Shown: positions 38,503 through 46,720, numbered from the stretch's first letter. The stretch is 64,000 nucleotides of DNA from an uncultured Chloroflexia bacterium (GCA_963814375.1 CAWFCQ010000004.1:388089-452088); one strand, 5' to 3'. Made by a program: numbers and translations. Notes: generated by a model from the sequence alone, not told the origin.

Positions 38503-39305
38503 ATCCCCAGCGCCAGGAGCGCCATGCGGATCGCGACGTACAGGACGACCGCCACGAACAGCAGCACGAGCCAGCTGGTGCGGAGGCGAGCGCCCACGAC
38601 CGCTCCCACGGCGGCCCCGGCGGCGACGCCAAGGACGACCGGCGCGGCCTGACGGGGATCGACGTCGCCGCGGAAGAGGTAGGCGTAAGCCCCGGCCGCA
38701 GCCGTCATCCCGATCATGAAGTTCGACGTGGCGACCGCCACCCGAAGCGGTGAGCGCATCACGAGGTGGACGAGCGGCACGGTCACCGCACCCCCACCGA
38801 TGCCGAGCAGCCCCGACACGTTCCCCGCGGCAAACGAGCCGGCGATCGCGAGCGGGAGGCGACGATTCCGATAGGCAGGGGCGTCCGGGCCGTCCGGGGC
38901 CGCGGGGTCCGCCGCCGCTTCGTGGAGCTCGTCGTCGGCCCCGCCGCGCAGGCTCCGCAGCATCGTCACCGCGGTCCACGTCATGAGCGCCGCGAAGGCC
39001 GCGGCCAGCAGGCGCTCCGGCAGCACGCCGGCGATGATGGCACCGGTCAGAGCACCGACCACCGTGCCGGCGGCCAGCATGACTCCGAGGCGGACGTCGG
39101 CGCGTCCCGCCCGAACGTTCACGGCCGCGGCTCCGGTCGAGGTCGCGATGACGCAGACCAGGCTCGTGCCGATCGCCGTCGTCAGCGGCAGGTTGAAGCC
39201 GAGCGTGAGGATCGGGACGATCAGGATGCCCCCGCCGAGCCCGAGGACGGCGCCGAACGCTCCGGCGATCAGGCCGCTGAGGACCAGGAGCAGGTCGGTC
39301 GGCAT
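38499..39305 (-). CDS. Sulfite exporter TauE/SafE family protein
   Basis: GLGGG..IVP, AIGTSL, SGLLGIGGG..VP, A.ATS.FMIG. Confidence 0.9.
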   Translation of the reverse strand: MPTDLLLVLSGLIAGAFGAVLGLGGGILIVPILTLGFNLPLTTAIGTSLVCVIATSTGAAAVNVRAGRADVRLGVMLAAGTVVGALTGAIIAGVLPERLLAAAFAALMTWTAVTMLRSLRGGADDELHEAAADPAAPDGPDAPAYRNRRLPLAIAGSFAAGNVSGLLGIGGGAVTVPLVHLVMRSPLRVAVATSNFMIGMTAAAGAYAYLFRGDVDPRQAAPVVLGVAAGAAVGAVVGARLRTSWLVLLFVAVVLYVAIRMALLALGM

Positions 39306-39357
39306 CGGCGGGCGGAAGGACGCCCGGACGAACGCGGTCCGGTCGTCGCCGGTTCGC

Positions 39358-39627
39358 CTATGGGCGCAGGTGCTGTGGCGCGTACGGCAGGAGCGCCACG
39401 TGGCGCGCCCGCTTGAGCGCCGTCGTCAGCATGCGCTGATGGCGGGCACATGTGCCCGTCTTGCGCCTCGGCTCGATCTTGGCGCGCTCGCTCAGGTAGC
39501 GACGGAGGCGGTTGACCTCCTTGTAGTCGATGCTCTCGGCCTTGTCGACGCAGAAGTTGCATACCTTGCGCCGGCGCCGATCGCGGTAGTAGTCCGCCGA
39601 TTCGCGACGGGATCGTGGGCTTGCCAT
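39358..39627 (-). CDS. rpsR: 30S ribosomal protein S18
   Basis: C.FC, IDYK, KI.PRR.TG.CA.HQR, A.KRAR..ALLPY. Confidence 0.97.
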   Translation of the reverse strand: MASPRSRRESADYYRDRRRRKVCNFCVDKAESIDYKEVNRLRRYLSERAKIEPRRKTGTCARHQRMLTTALKRARHVALLPYAPQHLRP

Positions 39628-39658
39628 GCTCGTATCGGTCCTTCAGTGAGACTGCTGA

Positions 39659-40120
39659 TCAGAAGGGAATGTCGTCGACGTCCATCTCGGCACCGGGTGC
39701 CGATGAGCGCGCCTCGGCGCCGCGCGGCTTTACCTGCGGTGGCGCATCGTCGTAGGCGCCGCCGCCGGTGGGCCTGCCGTCCTCGTCGCGCGGTCGCCGC
39801 TCGAGGTTCACGACTCGCGCGAACGCGAGCTCGAGCGATGTGCGCGTCTGGCCATCCCGGGCCTCGTATTCGCGCGCCTTGAGCTGGCCCTCGGCGTAGA
39901 TCTTGTTTCCCTTGCGCAGCTGCTCGGCCAGCCGCTCGGCGGCCTGCTCCCAGACGCTGACGCGGAACCAGAGGGTCTCCTCGATCCACTCGCCATCCGG
40001 TCCCTTGCGGTTGTCGTTGACGGCGACGCGCAGGTCGGTCACGGCCTTGCCGTTGGGCGTGTAACGCAGCTCCGGATCCGCACCGAGATTGCCGATGATC
40101 TGCATCCGGTTGAGTGTCAT
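39659..40120 (-). CDS. ssb: Single-stranded DNA-binding protein
   Basis: LN...IIGNLG.DPELRYTP.G, KG...Y.EG.L, C-terminal DDIPF; GGAGGAG RBS. Confidence 0.97.
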   Translation of the reverse strand: MTLNRMQIIGNLGADPELRYTPNGKAVTDLRVAVNDNRKGPDGEWIEETLWFRVSVWEQAAERLAEQLRKGNKIYAEGQLKAREYEARDGQTRTSLELAFARVVNLERRPRDEDGRPTGGGAYDDAPPQVKPRGAEARSSAPGAEMDVDDIPF

Positions 40121-40660
40121 GCGGGCTCCTCCTCGGCCACGGGGCTCACCGCGGCGGGTTCGTCGGTGTCCTCCATGTCGTCGGCCGCCGTGGTCTCCTC
40201 GATCGGCGCGGCGACGGCCGCGCCATCGGTCATGACCTCGTCCGCGCGGGGAGGCATCTCGTCCGCGACGGTCGCGTCCGGCATGGCCATCGTCGCCGCG
40301 GTCCTCGCCGAGCTCGGCCTCGTCATCCGTTGCACGAGGGGCCGCAGCGGGGGCAAGCTCGTCGGCCGGGCCACGGTCCTCGAGCACGGTGACCAGGTGG
40401 CGGAGGATCTCCTCGCTGATGAGCATCCCGCGCTCGATCTCGCGAACCTGGGACGGCTCGATGTCGAAGTGAATCAGGAAGTAGCTCGCCTCGCGATGGC
40501 GGCCGATGTCGTACGCCAGGCGGCGCTTTCCCCACGGCGAGACCTTGCTGAGGCTTCCACCGCCGTTGACGACGGCGCGCGTGACCTTCTCGACCGCGGC
40601 CTGGAGCTTGTCGTCCTCCAGGTCGGGGCGGAGCAGAAGCATGAGTTCGTAACGGCGCAT
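40117..40660 (-). CDS. rpsF: 30S ribosomal protein S6 with acidic tail, apparent frameshift near 40303
   Basis: MRRYE...L.P, WGKRRLAY.I, ILRHL; tail continues in ORF 40117..40374, which ends in ATGA overlap with ssb. Confidence 0.93.
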
Positions 40661-40869
40661 CGGTGGCGTCGTCCTCCTCTCTATGGAGATGCGGCGTCGT
40701 CGGCGGGCGCGTCGGACGCGGCAGAAAGGGGCCCAGACAGAACTGACATGAACCACGCCTCCACAGATCGGAGGCGCTCGAGGAGTATAGCCCCGTTCCA
40801 GCCGACCCGCCAACGTCGGGCAGGGCGGCTCGTATACTCGCCATCATCTCCACCCGCTCGCGGGACGCC

Positions 40870-42102
40870 ATGGCCTCCAATCCGATCCTGATCTGCGCCC
40901 GCGCGCCCGAGCTCCGGACCGAGCTCGAGACGACGCTGGCCGATGCCGGCTACCGAACGATATCGGTCACGACGCCGGCGGATGCCGTGGCGGCCATGCG
41001 CGGCGCCCCGGTGGACCTGATCGTGGCCGAAGGCCTGGCCGCCTCCGGGGCGATCGCATCCCTCCGCACGGCGGGTGACAGCCACGTGACGCCGATCCTC
41101 GTCGTCGCTCCGGCCAACGACGTCGAGGCGCGGATCGCGTTCCTGGAGGCCGGTGCGGACGACGTCATCGCCACCGGCTTCGCGCACAACGAGCTCGACG
41201 GCCGCGTGATGGCGCTCCTCATCCGCGCCGGAAAGGTCCATCCCGAGAGCACCGCCGGCGTCGGCGTTGGTGAGCTCGTCGCCTTCTTCAGCCCAAAGGG
41301 CGGGGTGGGGACGACGACCCTGGCCGTCAACACGGCGGTGCTCCTGGCAGGCGGCGGTGGGCCGACCGGCGGCGCCGCGGCTGGCGACGGCGCCCTCCCG
41401 GCGTCCCGGGTTCTCCTGATCGACTTCGACCTCCAGTTCGGCCAGGTCGCGACCCATCTCAACCTCACGCCCCGCTATGACCTCGCCGGCCTTGCGAGCG
41501 ACGATCAGTCGCTGGCGGATCCGGAGCTGGCGCGCACCTATCTCACCACCCATTCGTCGGGGCTGGTCGTGCTCGCGGCGCCATCGCGGCCGGAGGCGGA
41601 CTTCCGCGTCACGCTCGAGCATCTTCAGCGCATCGTCGAGCTGATGCAGCCCTCGTTCGACCACATCCTCGTCGACCTGGGCAGCCGGCTGGATCCGCGG
41701 ACGCTGTGGCTGATCGAGCAGTCCGATGCGCACGTCTTCGTCCTCTTCCCAGAGATCGCAGCGCTGCGCTCCATGAGCCTGCTCATGACTTTCCTGGCCG
41801 ACACGACGCCGCTCAAGGCGCGAACCCACCTCGTCGTCAACCACATCTTCCCCAAGGAGCTGCTCAAGACGCGGGACGTCGAGAACCTGCTCCGTGCCAA
41901 GCCGGCCGCCGAGATCCCGTACACCGAGGTCGAGATGATCCGGTCGGTCAACGAGGGCGTGCCGCTCGTGATCGGTCGGCCGATGGTCCCGGCCGCCGCG
42001 GCGCTGCGGCGGGTCGCGCAGGCCGTCATCGGCATCGAGCAGCCGGCGCCGGCGGCAAAGAAGGAGCGCAGGTCGCTCTTCGGCCGTCGCGGTGGCGGAT
42101 GA
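40870..42102 (+). CDS. Receiver-like domain plus MinD/ParA-type ATPase (CpaE/TadZ-like)
   Basis: LEAGADD receiver remnant, SPKGGVGTTT.AVN.A, D.DLQFG, S.NEG.P. Confidence 0.8.
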   Translation: MASNPILICARAPELRTELETTLADAGYRTISVTTPADAVAAMRGAPVDLIVAEGLAASGAIASLRTAGDSHVTPILVVAPANDVEARIAFLEAGADDVIATGFAHNELDGRVMALLIRAGKVHPESTAGVGVGELVAFFSPKGGVGTTTLAVNTAVLLAGGGGPTGGAAAGDGALPASRVLLIDFDLQFGQVATHLNLTPRYDLAGLASDDQSLADPELARTYLTTHSSGLVVLAAPSRPEADFRVTLEHLQRIVELMQPSFDHILVDLGSRLDPRTLWLIEQSDAHVFVLFPEIAALRSMSLLMTFLADTTPLKARTHLVVNHIFPKELLKTRDVENLLRAKPAAEIPYTEVEMIRSVNEGVPLVIGRPMVPAAAALRRVAQAVIGIEQPAPAAKKERRSLFGRRGGG

Positions 42103-42105
42103 GGG

Positions 42106-42189
42106 TGGTGCCGGAGGAGGGATTCGAACCCCCACGCCTTGCGGCCGCCGGGTTTAAGCCGGCTGCGTCTGCCGTTCCGCCACTCCGGC
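42106..42189 (-). tRNA. tRNA-Leu(TAA)
   Basis: GCCGGAG acceptor, anticodon arm GCCGG-CTTAAAC-CCGGC, variable arm, GTTCGAATC, CCA. Confidence 0.96.
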
Positions 42190-42203
42190 CCACTCGGCGC
42201 AGT

Positions 42204-42635
42204 CTAGATCTGCTGCCCGTCGCGTACCTTTGCGATGAGGTAGGTGCAGGTACCCCCGAACTCGATCAGGTGCCAGTCAGTCACGCCGTCGACGGCACGC
42301 GCCTTCTCGGCCAGGGGCCCGGGCTTCTCGATGCTCAGGTGCCACTCGGCCTCCTGGGGGAACTGCGCCATGCCGTCCGCCCGGAAGACGAATCCCTCCA
42401 CCTCGCTCCACGGCGTGACCGAGAAGCGGAGGAAGCTGAACATCGCCCGCGGGCCACGTCGCTCGCCGGAGACATGTACGAGGCCGATGTCGGTGGCCAC
42501 GAACACCGTCGGATTCCCCTCGTCCGGCGAGGGCGTGTAGGCGGCAAGGTCCTCGCCGGCTCCGACGGTCGCCATGTGCGCCAGGATCCACTGCACGATC
42601 ATCTCGTCCATGCCGATCGCTGCCAGACGCGCCAT
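42204..42635 (-). CDS. Hypothetical protein (~143 aa, possibly PH-like beta fold)
   Basis: GGAGGGG RBS before ATG 42635; protein-like composition. Confidence 0.6.
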   Translation of the reverse strand: MARLAAIGMDEMIVQWILAHMATVGAGEDLAAYTPSPDEGNPTVFVATDIGLVHVSGERRGPRAMFSFLRFSVTPWSEVEGFVFRADGMAQFPQEAEWHLSIEKPGPLAEKARAVDGVTDWHLIEFGGTCTYLIAKVRDGQQI

Positions 42636-42733
42636 TCCCGAACCCCTCCGCAGGACGATGTCGAACCGGTCGGTGCGCCTATCCGTGGATGGGGCTGCTC
42701 GAACCCGATCCGGGCGGCCACGCCCGGATGCGC

Positions 42734-42778
42734 TGGAAGCGACGACGGGAAGCAAACCCGTGTGCGCGGACAGCAGAC
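42734..42778 (-). repeat. Degenerate direct repeat of the tRNA-Cys 3' half (att-like site)
   Basis: + strand TGGAAGCGACGACGGGAAGCAAACCCGTGTGCGCGG vs TGGAGGCGACGACGGGAATCGAACCCGTGTACGCGG at 44616 (32/36 identical), then a shared GCAGAC. Confidence 0.88.
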
Positions 42779-43106
42779 GCATCCGGAGCGTGCGCAGTGT
42801 ACGTCACGGTCCGCGAATCGGGCCTAGTGATCTGGTCTCGATCAAGCCGATGCGTGGACAATGCGAATCGCCGCGGTAAGGCTGGTAGGCAACCCAATCA
42901 GTCGCGAACGGCTCCATACCGATGCCCTAGTCCTCCCCGGCCCGTTCAAGACGGCCGCTCGGACGGCTAGCACCTCGACCGGGGATGCTGGCATGCCGGT
43001 TGCGATGGACGCAAATACCAGCGCAACCTCCCACCGGTGAAGGCATATGCCCGCGACTTCACGAGCCGAACCCGCTGACACGCTCGCTGAAACACCAGGT
43101 GCGACC

Positions 43107-43235
43107 ATGCCCAACGCGATGAGCCGCTGCCCCGATTGCGGCCGTTTGGTCTATCTCTACCGCGGCGTTCGAGGATGGACTGTGTGGGTCCACCTGCAAA
43201 GTCGAGGCATTGAGTGCGGCGAAGACAGTTTCTGA
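43107..43235 (+). CDS. Small putative zinc-binding protein (42 aa; alternative start 43047)
   Basis: CPDCG...W.H......C pattern; inside islet. Confidence 0.4.
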   Translation: MPNAMSRCPDCGRLVYLYRGVRGWTVWVHLQSRGIECGEDSF

Positions 43236-43409
43236 GGGAACGGCTGAGGGACATCAGTTAGTGCGTTCACCTTCGGACGCTCCCACGACAGCTCGTGATC
43301 CGCTGCTCCCTCAACTGAACGGGCCTGTCCTTCTTGGTGGGCGCCTGCGGCAGCGACTATCCGCGGCGGCTTCTTGGCCCATGATTGTTGTGAATCCTTC
43401 ACCGGATCG

Positions 43410-43453
43410 CTACACGCCCACATGTAGGCCTATTACACGAACGCATGTAGACT
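43410..43453 (+). promoter_or_regulatory. Two tandem palindromic operator-like sites overlapping a -10 box
   Basis: CTACACGCCCACATGTAG (43410-27) and TTACACGAACGCATGTAG (43433-50), then TAGACT 7 nt before ATG 43461. Confidence 0.6.
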
Positions 43454-43460
43454 ATCTCGC

Positions 43461-43880
43461 ATGGAAGCATCTATTCTCGAAAGTCCCCAGTTCCCGCGCC
43501 CGGCCGATCCTGCCCGGCGTCCGCACCATGTACTAACCGGTAGCGAACGCCAGGGTCAATCACCAAGGAGCCTGACCAACCCGGGCGATCCGCTGCAAAC
43601 GTCGGAGCGAGAGAAGCGCATCATGCGGCGCCTCACCAATCTCCGTGACAGGATGCTCGACAGCGCCGGCTGGCCGGCGGAACGCACCGCCTGGGTGGTC
43701 ACCAGCAACGTCGATGCGGAGGGCCGATACGACCCGCTCCGCCGACGCCACTGGATGACCGTAATCGCGAAGGGCTACCGGCTGAGGGTCGAGGTGCCCG
43801 ACACGGCGTCGACGATCCCATTGCCGGACGCGCGTCGAGCTGCCGATCTGCTGCGCGCCCTACGAGCGGCGCTGGGCTGA
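43461..43880 (+). CDS. Hypothetical protein (start 43461 or 43623)
   Basis: TGATG coupling to the downstream HTH gene; C-terminal 85 aa look protein-like. Confidence 0.55.
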   Translation: MEASILESPQFPRPADPARRPHHVLTGSERQGQSPRSLTNPGDPLQTSEREKRIMRRLTNLRDRMLDSAGWPAERTAWVVTSNVDAEGRYDPLRRRHWMTVIAKGYRLRVEVPDTASTIPLPDARRAADLLRALRAALG

Positions 43881-44062
43881 TGCTGACCCTTAAGGAGGCC
43901 GCGGCGGAGCTCGGCCTGCACGTTGACACCCTGCGCTGGCAGATCCACAACGGCAAGCTCAAGGCGCACAAGATCGGCCCGCTGTGGGTCGTTTCGCGGC
44001 GTGAGCTCGAGACGTACCGCGCCAAGCACATGCGGCATCCATCGGAGCCGAGCGACGCGTAG
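43880..44062 (+). CDS. Excisionase-like helix-turn-helix protein (HTH_17-type)
   Basis: MLTLKEAAAELGL..DTLR.QI.NGKLKA.KIG..W.V...ELE.Y. Confidence 0.88.
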   Translation: MLTLKEAAAELGLHVDTLRWQIHNGKLKAHKIGPLWVVSRRELETYRAKHMRHPSEPSDA

Positions 44063-44528
44063 ATGATCGATCAAGATGTCTACGAGGTGCTGCAGGTGCA
44101 CCCGACCGCACATGAGCGCGTCATCCAGGCGGCGTACCGCGTGCTGGCGTCGATGTATCACCCTGACCGCGACCCGTCGACGGCCGCGACACGGAAGATG
44201 GCGGAGCTCAACGCGGCGTACGCGGAGGTTAGGACGCACGACCTTCGACGCGCATACGACCGAGCGCGCATGATTGCGCGACACCGTTGCGGTCCCCGTC
44301 GGCACCACGGACGGGTCAGACCGAGTGGCCCGGAGATCTGCACAGGATGCCGGCCGCGTCGACTTCGGCCGCTACAGCGGTTGGACGATCAGCCAGCTGA
44401 CTCGCCACGATCCGGACTACCTGCGCTGGTTGAGCCGCCACTCATCCGGCATTCGCTACCGCCGACAGATCGATGTCGCGCTTCGCCAGTTGGCGGCCGC
44501 CGCGTCCGAACGAGTGCAGGGCCGATAA
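44063..44528 (+). CDS. J-domain (DnaJ-like) protein with C-terminal FGRY.GW...DPDYL.WL domain; +1 frameshift near 44274
   Basis: D.YEVLQV...A....I.AAYR.LA..YHPD...M.ELN.AY...RR.YD; C-terminus in ORF 44274..44528. Confidence 0.85.
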
Positions 44529-44615
44529 GCCCCAGCCGCTCACCCACTGAGCGATTGTCTTTAGAGTCTGGCGATCAGGCGCGTGGCGTAGTTGCCAGGC
44601 GTAACGCTCAGAATG

Positions 44616-44689
44616 TGGAGGCGACGACGGGAATCGAACCCGTGTACGCGGTTTTGCAGACCGCTCCCTAACCACTCGGGCACGTCGCC
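44616..44689 (-). tRNA. tRNA-Cys(GCA)
   Basis: GGCGACG acceptor, GCGGT-CTGCAAA-ACCGC, GTTCGATTC, U73-CCA. Confidence 0.97.
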
Positions 44690-44704
44690 ACCGGTCGTCC
44701 CAGC

Positions 44705-44778
44705 TGGCTGCCCCGCGAGGATTCGAACCTCGGTTAACGGATCCAAAGTCCGCTGTCCTACCACTAGACGACGGGGCA
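44705..44778 (-). tRNA. tRNA-Gln(TTG)
   Basis: TGCCCCG acceptor, GCGGA-CTTTGGA-TCCGT, GTTCGAATC, CCA. Confidence 0.96.
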
Positions 44779-44835
44779 TGGCCTCGTCTCACGCTAGCAG
44801 GTCGGCCCTCGACGCGTCCCAACCGGACATGAAGA

Positions 44836-44911
44836 TGGAGCGGAAGACGGGACTCGAACCCGCGACCCTCACCTTGGCAAGGTGATGCTCTACCAACTGA
44901 GCCACTTCCGC
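44836..44911 (-). tRNA. tRNA-Gly(GCC)
   Basis: GCGGAAG acceptor, TCACC-TTGCCAA-GGTGA, GTTCGAGTC, CCA. Confidence 0.97.
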
Positions 44912-44942
44912 CCGCATGTCGTGCCCGATGATAACGCGTTGG

Positions 44943-45018
44943 TGGTGCCGAGGGTCAGAATCGAACTGACGACACCCGCCTCTTCAGGGCGGTGCTCTAC
45001 CGACTGAGCTACCTCGGC
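44943..45018 (-). tRNA. tRNA-Phe(GAA)
   Basis: GCCGAGG acceptor, CCGCC-CTGAAGA-GGCGG, GTTCGATTC, CCA. Confidence 0.96.
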
Positions 45019-45084
45019 TCGCGTCTCACTTCGGGGCGGTCGCAAGGATACCGATGCGCCTCTGGGGTCGCAACTTTGCGACGC

Positions 45085-46059
45085 CTATCGGCCCGCAGGT
45101 AGGCCCATCCGGCCGGCGATCGCCTCGAGCGCGCGGATCCGCTCGCCGATGGGCGGATGGGTGTCCCACAGCGACTTCGCACGCTCCTCGAAAGATTTGA
45201 TGGGGTTGACGATGTAGAGGTGCTGGGTGGCGCGGTTGGCGACTTCGAGTACCTCGGCATCGTCACTGATCGTGCGCAGTGCCCTCGCCAGCCCGACCGG
45301 ATTGCGGGTCATCTCGACCGCGGTGGCATCGGCCAGCGACTCGCGGCTGCGGCTGACGGCGGCCTGCACGAGCCGCCCGATGAGCGGAGCGACCACGGAG
45401 AGCACGAGGGCGAGCGCGAAGATGAGGGCCATCGCTCCCCCACCGCCGCGATCCGAATCCGAGCCGCTGCGCCGCCCGCCACCCCAATACGTGAAGCGCA
45501 GGAACCAGTCGGCCAGCAGCGCAATGGCGCCAACGAGAACGCCAACCAGCAGCGTGAAGCGGATGTCCAGGTTGCCGATGTGGCTCATCTCGTGGCCGAT
45601 GACGCCCTGGAGCTGCTCACGGTCGAGCTTCTGGATCAGGCCGGTCGTGACCGCCACGCTGGCGTGCTCCGGATCGCGGCCGGTGGCGAAGGCGTTCGGC
45701 GCCGTGTCGTCGATGACCCAGACCCGCGGGCGTGGCAGGCCGCCGGCGAGGCGCATCTCCTCCACGACGTTGAGCACCTGCCGGAACTGTTCCGGCGGCT
45801 GGGCGAGGTCGATCTCCCGCGCGCCGCTGGTGGCCATCACCAGCGCGTCACCGGCGAAGTACGAGCCGACGCTCATCACGACGGCGACGATGAGCGCCAT
45901 GACAACGCCGCCCCAGCCGAGCCCGCTGGCGTAGCCGATGGCTCCGCCGAGCAGCCCGAGCACGACGACGACGATCGCCACTAGCAGCCAGCTTCGGCGC
46001 CGGTTGCGATCGATCTCGCGATAGAAGGTGGTCGGCGTCGGGCGCGCCTCGGCGCTCAT
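45085..46059 (-). CDS. htpX: M48 family metalloprotease (HtpX-like)
   Basis: PNAFATGR, T.GL...L.R.QL.GVIGHE.SH, SR.RE.LAD, THPP..ERI; follows lemA. Confidence 0.9.
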   Translation of the reverse strand: MSAEARPTPTTFYREIDRNRRRSWLLVAIVVVVLGLLGGAIGYASGLGWGGVVMALIVAVVMSVGSYFAGDALVMATSGAREIDLAQPPEQFRQVLNVVEEMRLAGGLPRPRVWVIDDTAPNAFATGRDPEHASVAVTTGLIQKLDREQLQGVIGHEMSHIGNLDIRFTLLVGVLVGAIALLADWFLRFTYWGGGRRSGSDSDRGGGGAMALIFALALVLSVVAPLIGRLVQAAVSRSRESLADATAVEMTRNPVGLARALRTISDDAEVLEVANRATQHLYIVNPIKSFEERAKSLWDTHPPIGERIRALEAIAGRMGLPAGR

Positions 46060-46069
46060 CGGCCTTCCG

Positions 46070-46648
46070 TCAGGTGGTCCGCAGGTTCACCTCGGGCACC
46101 GCGGCGTCCGACTCGGCGATCTGGAAGTAGTCGCGCTCGCGGAAGCCGAAGAGGCCGGCGATGAGGACGTTCGGGAAGGTCTGGACCGACGTGTTGAACT
46201 CGCGGACGGTGCCGTTGTAGTGCTGGCGGCTGAAGCCAATCTGGTTCTCGGTCGTCGTCAGCTCCTCCTGGAGCTGCATGACGTTCTCGTTCGCCTTGAG
46301 GTCCGGGTAGTTCTCGACCAGGGCGAACAGCTGCCGGAGCGCACCGGTCAGGAAGTTCTCGGCCTGCGCCGCCTGGCCAGCGTTCGCCGGGCCCCCCTGC
46401 TGGGCGGTCACGGCCGCGGATCGAGCCTCGATGACGCGAGTGAGCGTCTCCTGCTCGAAGTCCATGTAGCCCTTCACGGCGTTGACGAGGTTGGGAATCA
46501 GGTCGTGCCGGCGCTTCAGCTGGACGCTGATCTGGTTCCACGCCTCGTCGACCATGTTGCGCAGCCGAACCAGGCCGTTGTAGGTGAAGATCAGGAAGAG
46601 GACGATGACCGCGACCGCGATCAGGACGATCCATCCCCAGAGTGGCAT
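46070..46648 (-). CDS. lemA: LemA family protein
   Basis: YN.LV.LRN, QLKRRHDLIPNLV, ENYPDLKAN, FP..LIA..FGF. Confidence 0.95.
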   Translation of the reverse strand: MPLWGWIVLIAVAVIVLFLIFTYNGLVRLRNMVDEAWNQISVQLKRRHDLIPNLVNAVKGYMDFEQETLTRVIEARSAAVTAQQGGPANAGQAAQAENFLTGALRQLFALVENYPDLKANENVMQLQEELTTTENQIGFSRQHYNGTVREFNTSVQTFPNVLIAGLFGFRERDYFQIAESDAAVPEVNLRTT

Positions 46649-46720
46649 TCGGGAGCTCCTCGAACGCGGGAGTTGACGCCCAGCATGCTACCCCACGCCG
46701 TTGTGCGCTAGGCTGCGAGC

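Larger units (their letters stand above)
42734..44661. mobile_element. Small integrase-less genomic islet / prophage remnant inserted in tRNA-Cys
   Basis: Flanked by tRNA-Cys and its degenerate 3' copy; visibly more AT-rich; excisionase-like HTH gene; genes on opposite strand to flanks. Confidence 0.75.

Noticed and set aside
42655-42712. Two TCGAACC words resembling reversed tRNA T-loops
   Set aside because: No flanking stems or match to a tRNA in the window
42779-43460. Integrase remnant or large ncRNA inside the islet
   Set aside because: No tyrosine/serine recombinase motifs in the frames read, and no structure supportable by eye
1797-44275. Three frameshifts as evidence of genome decay
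   Set aside because: Each is fixed by deleting one base of a doublet (CC, GG, TT) and two hit core translation genes, which fits sequencing indels better
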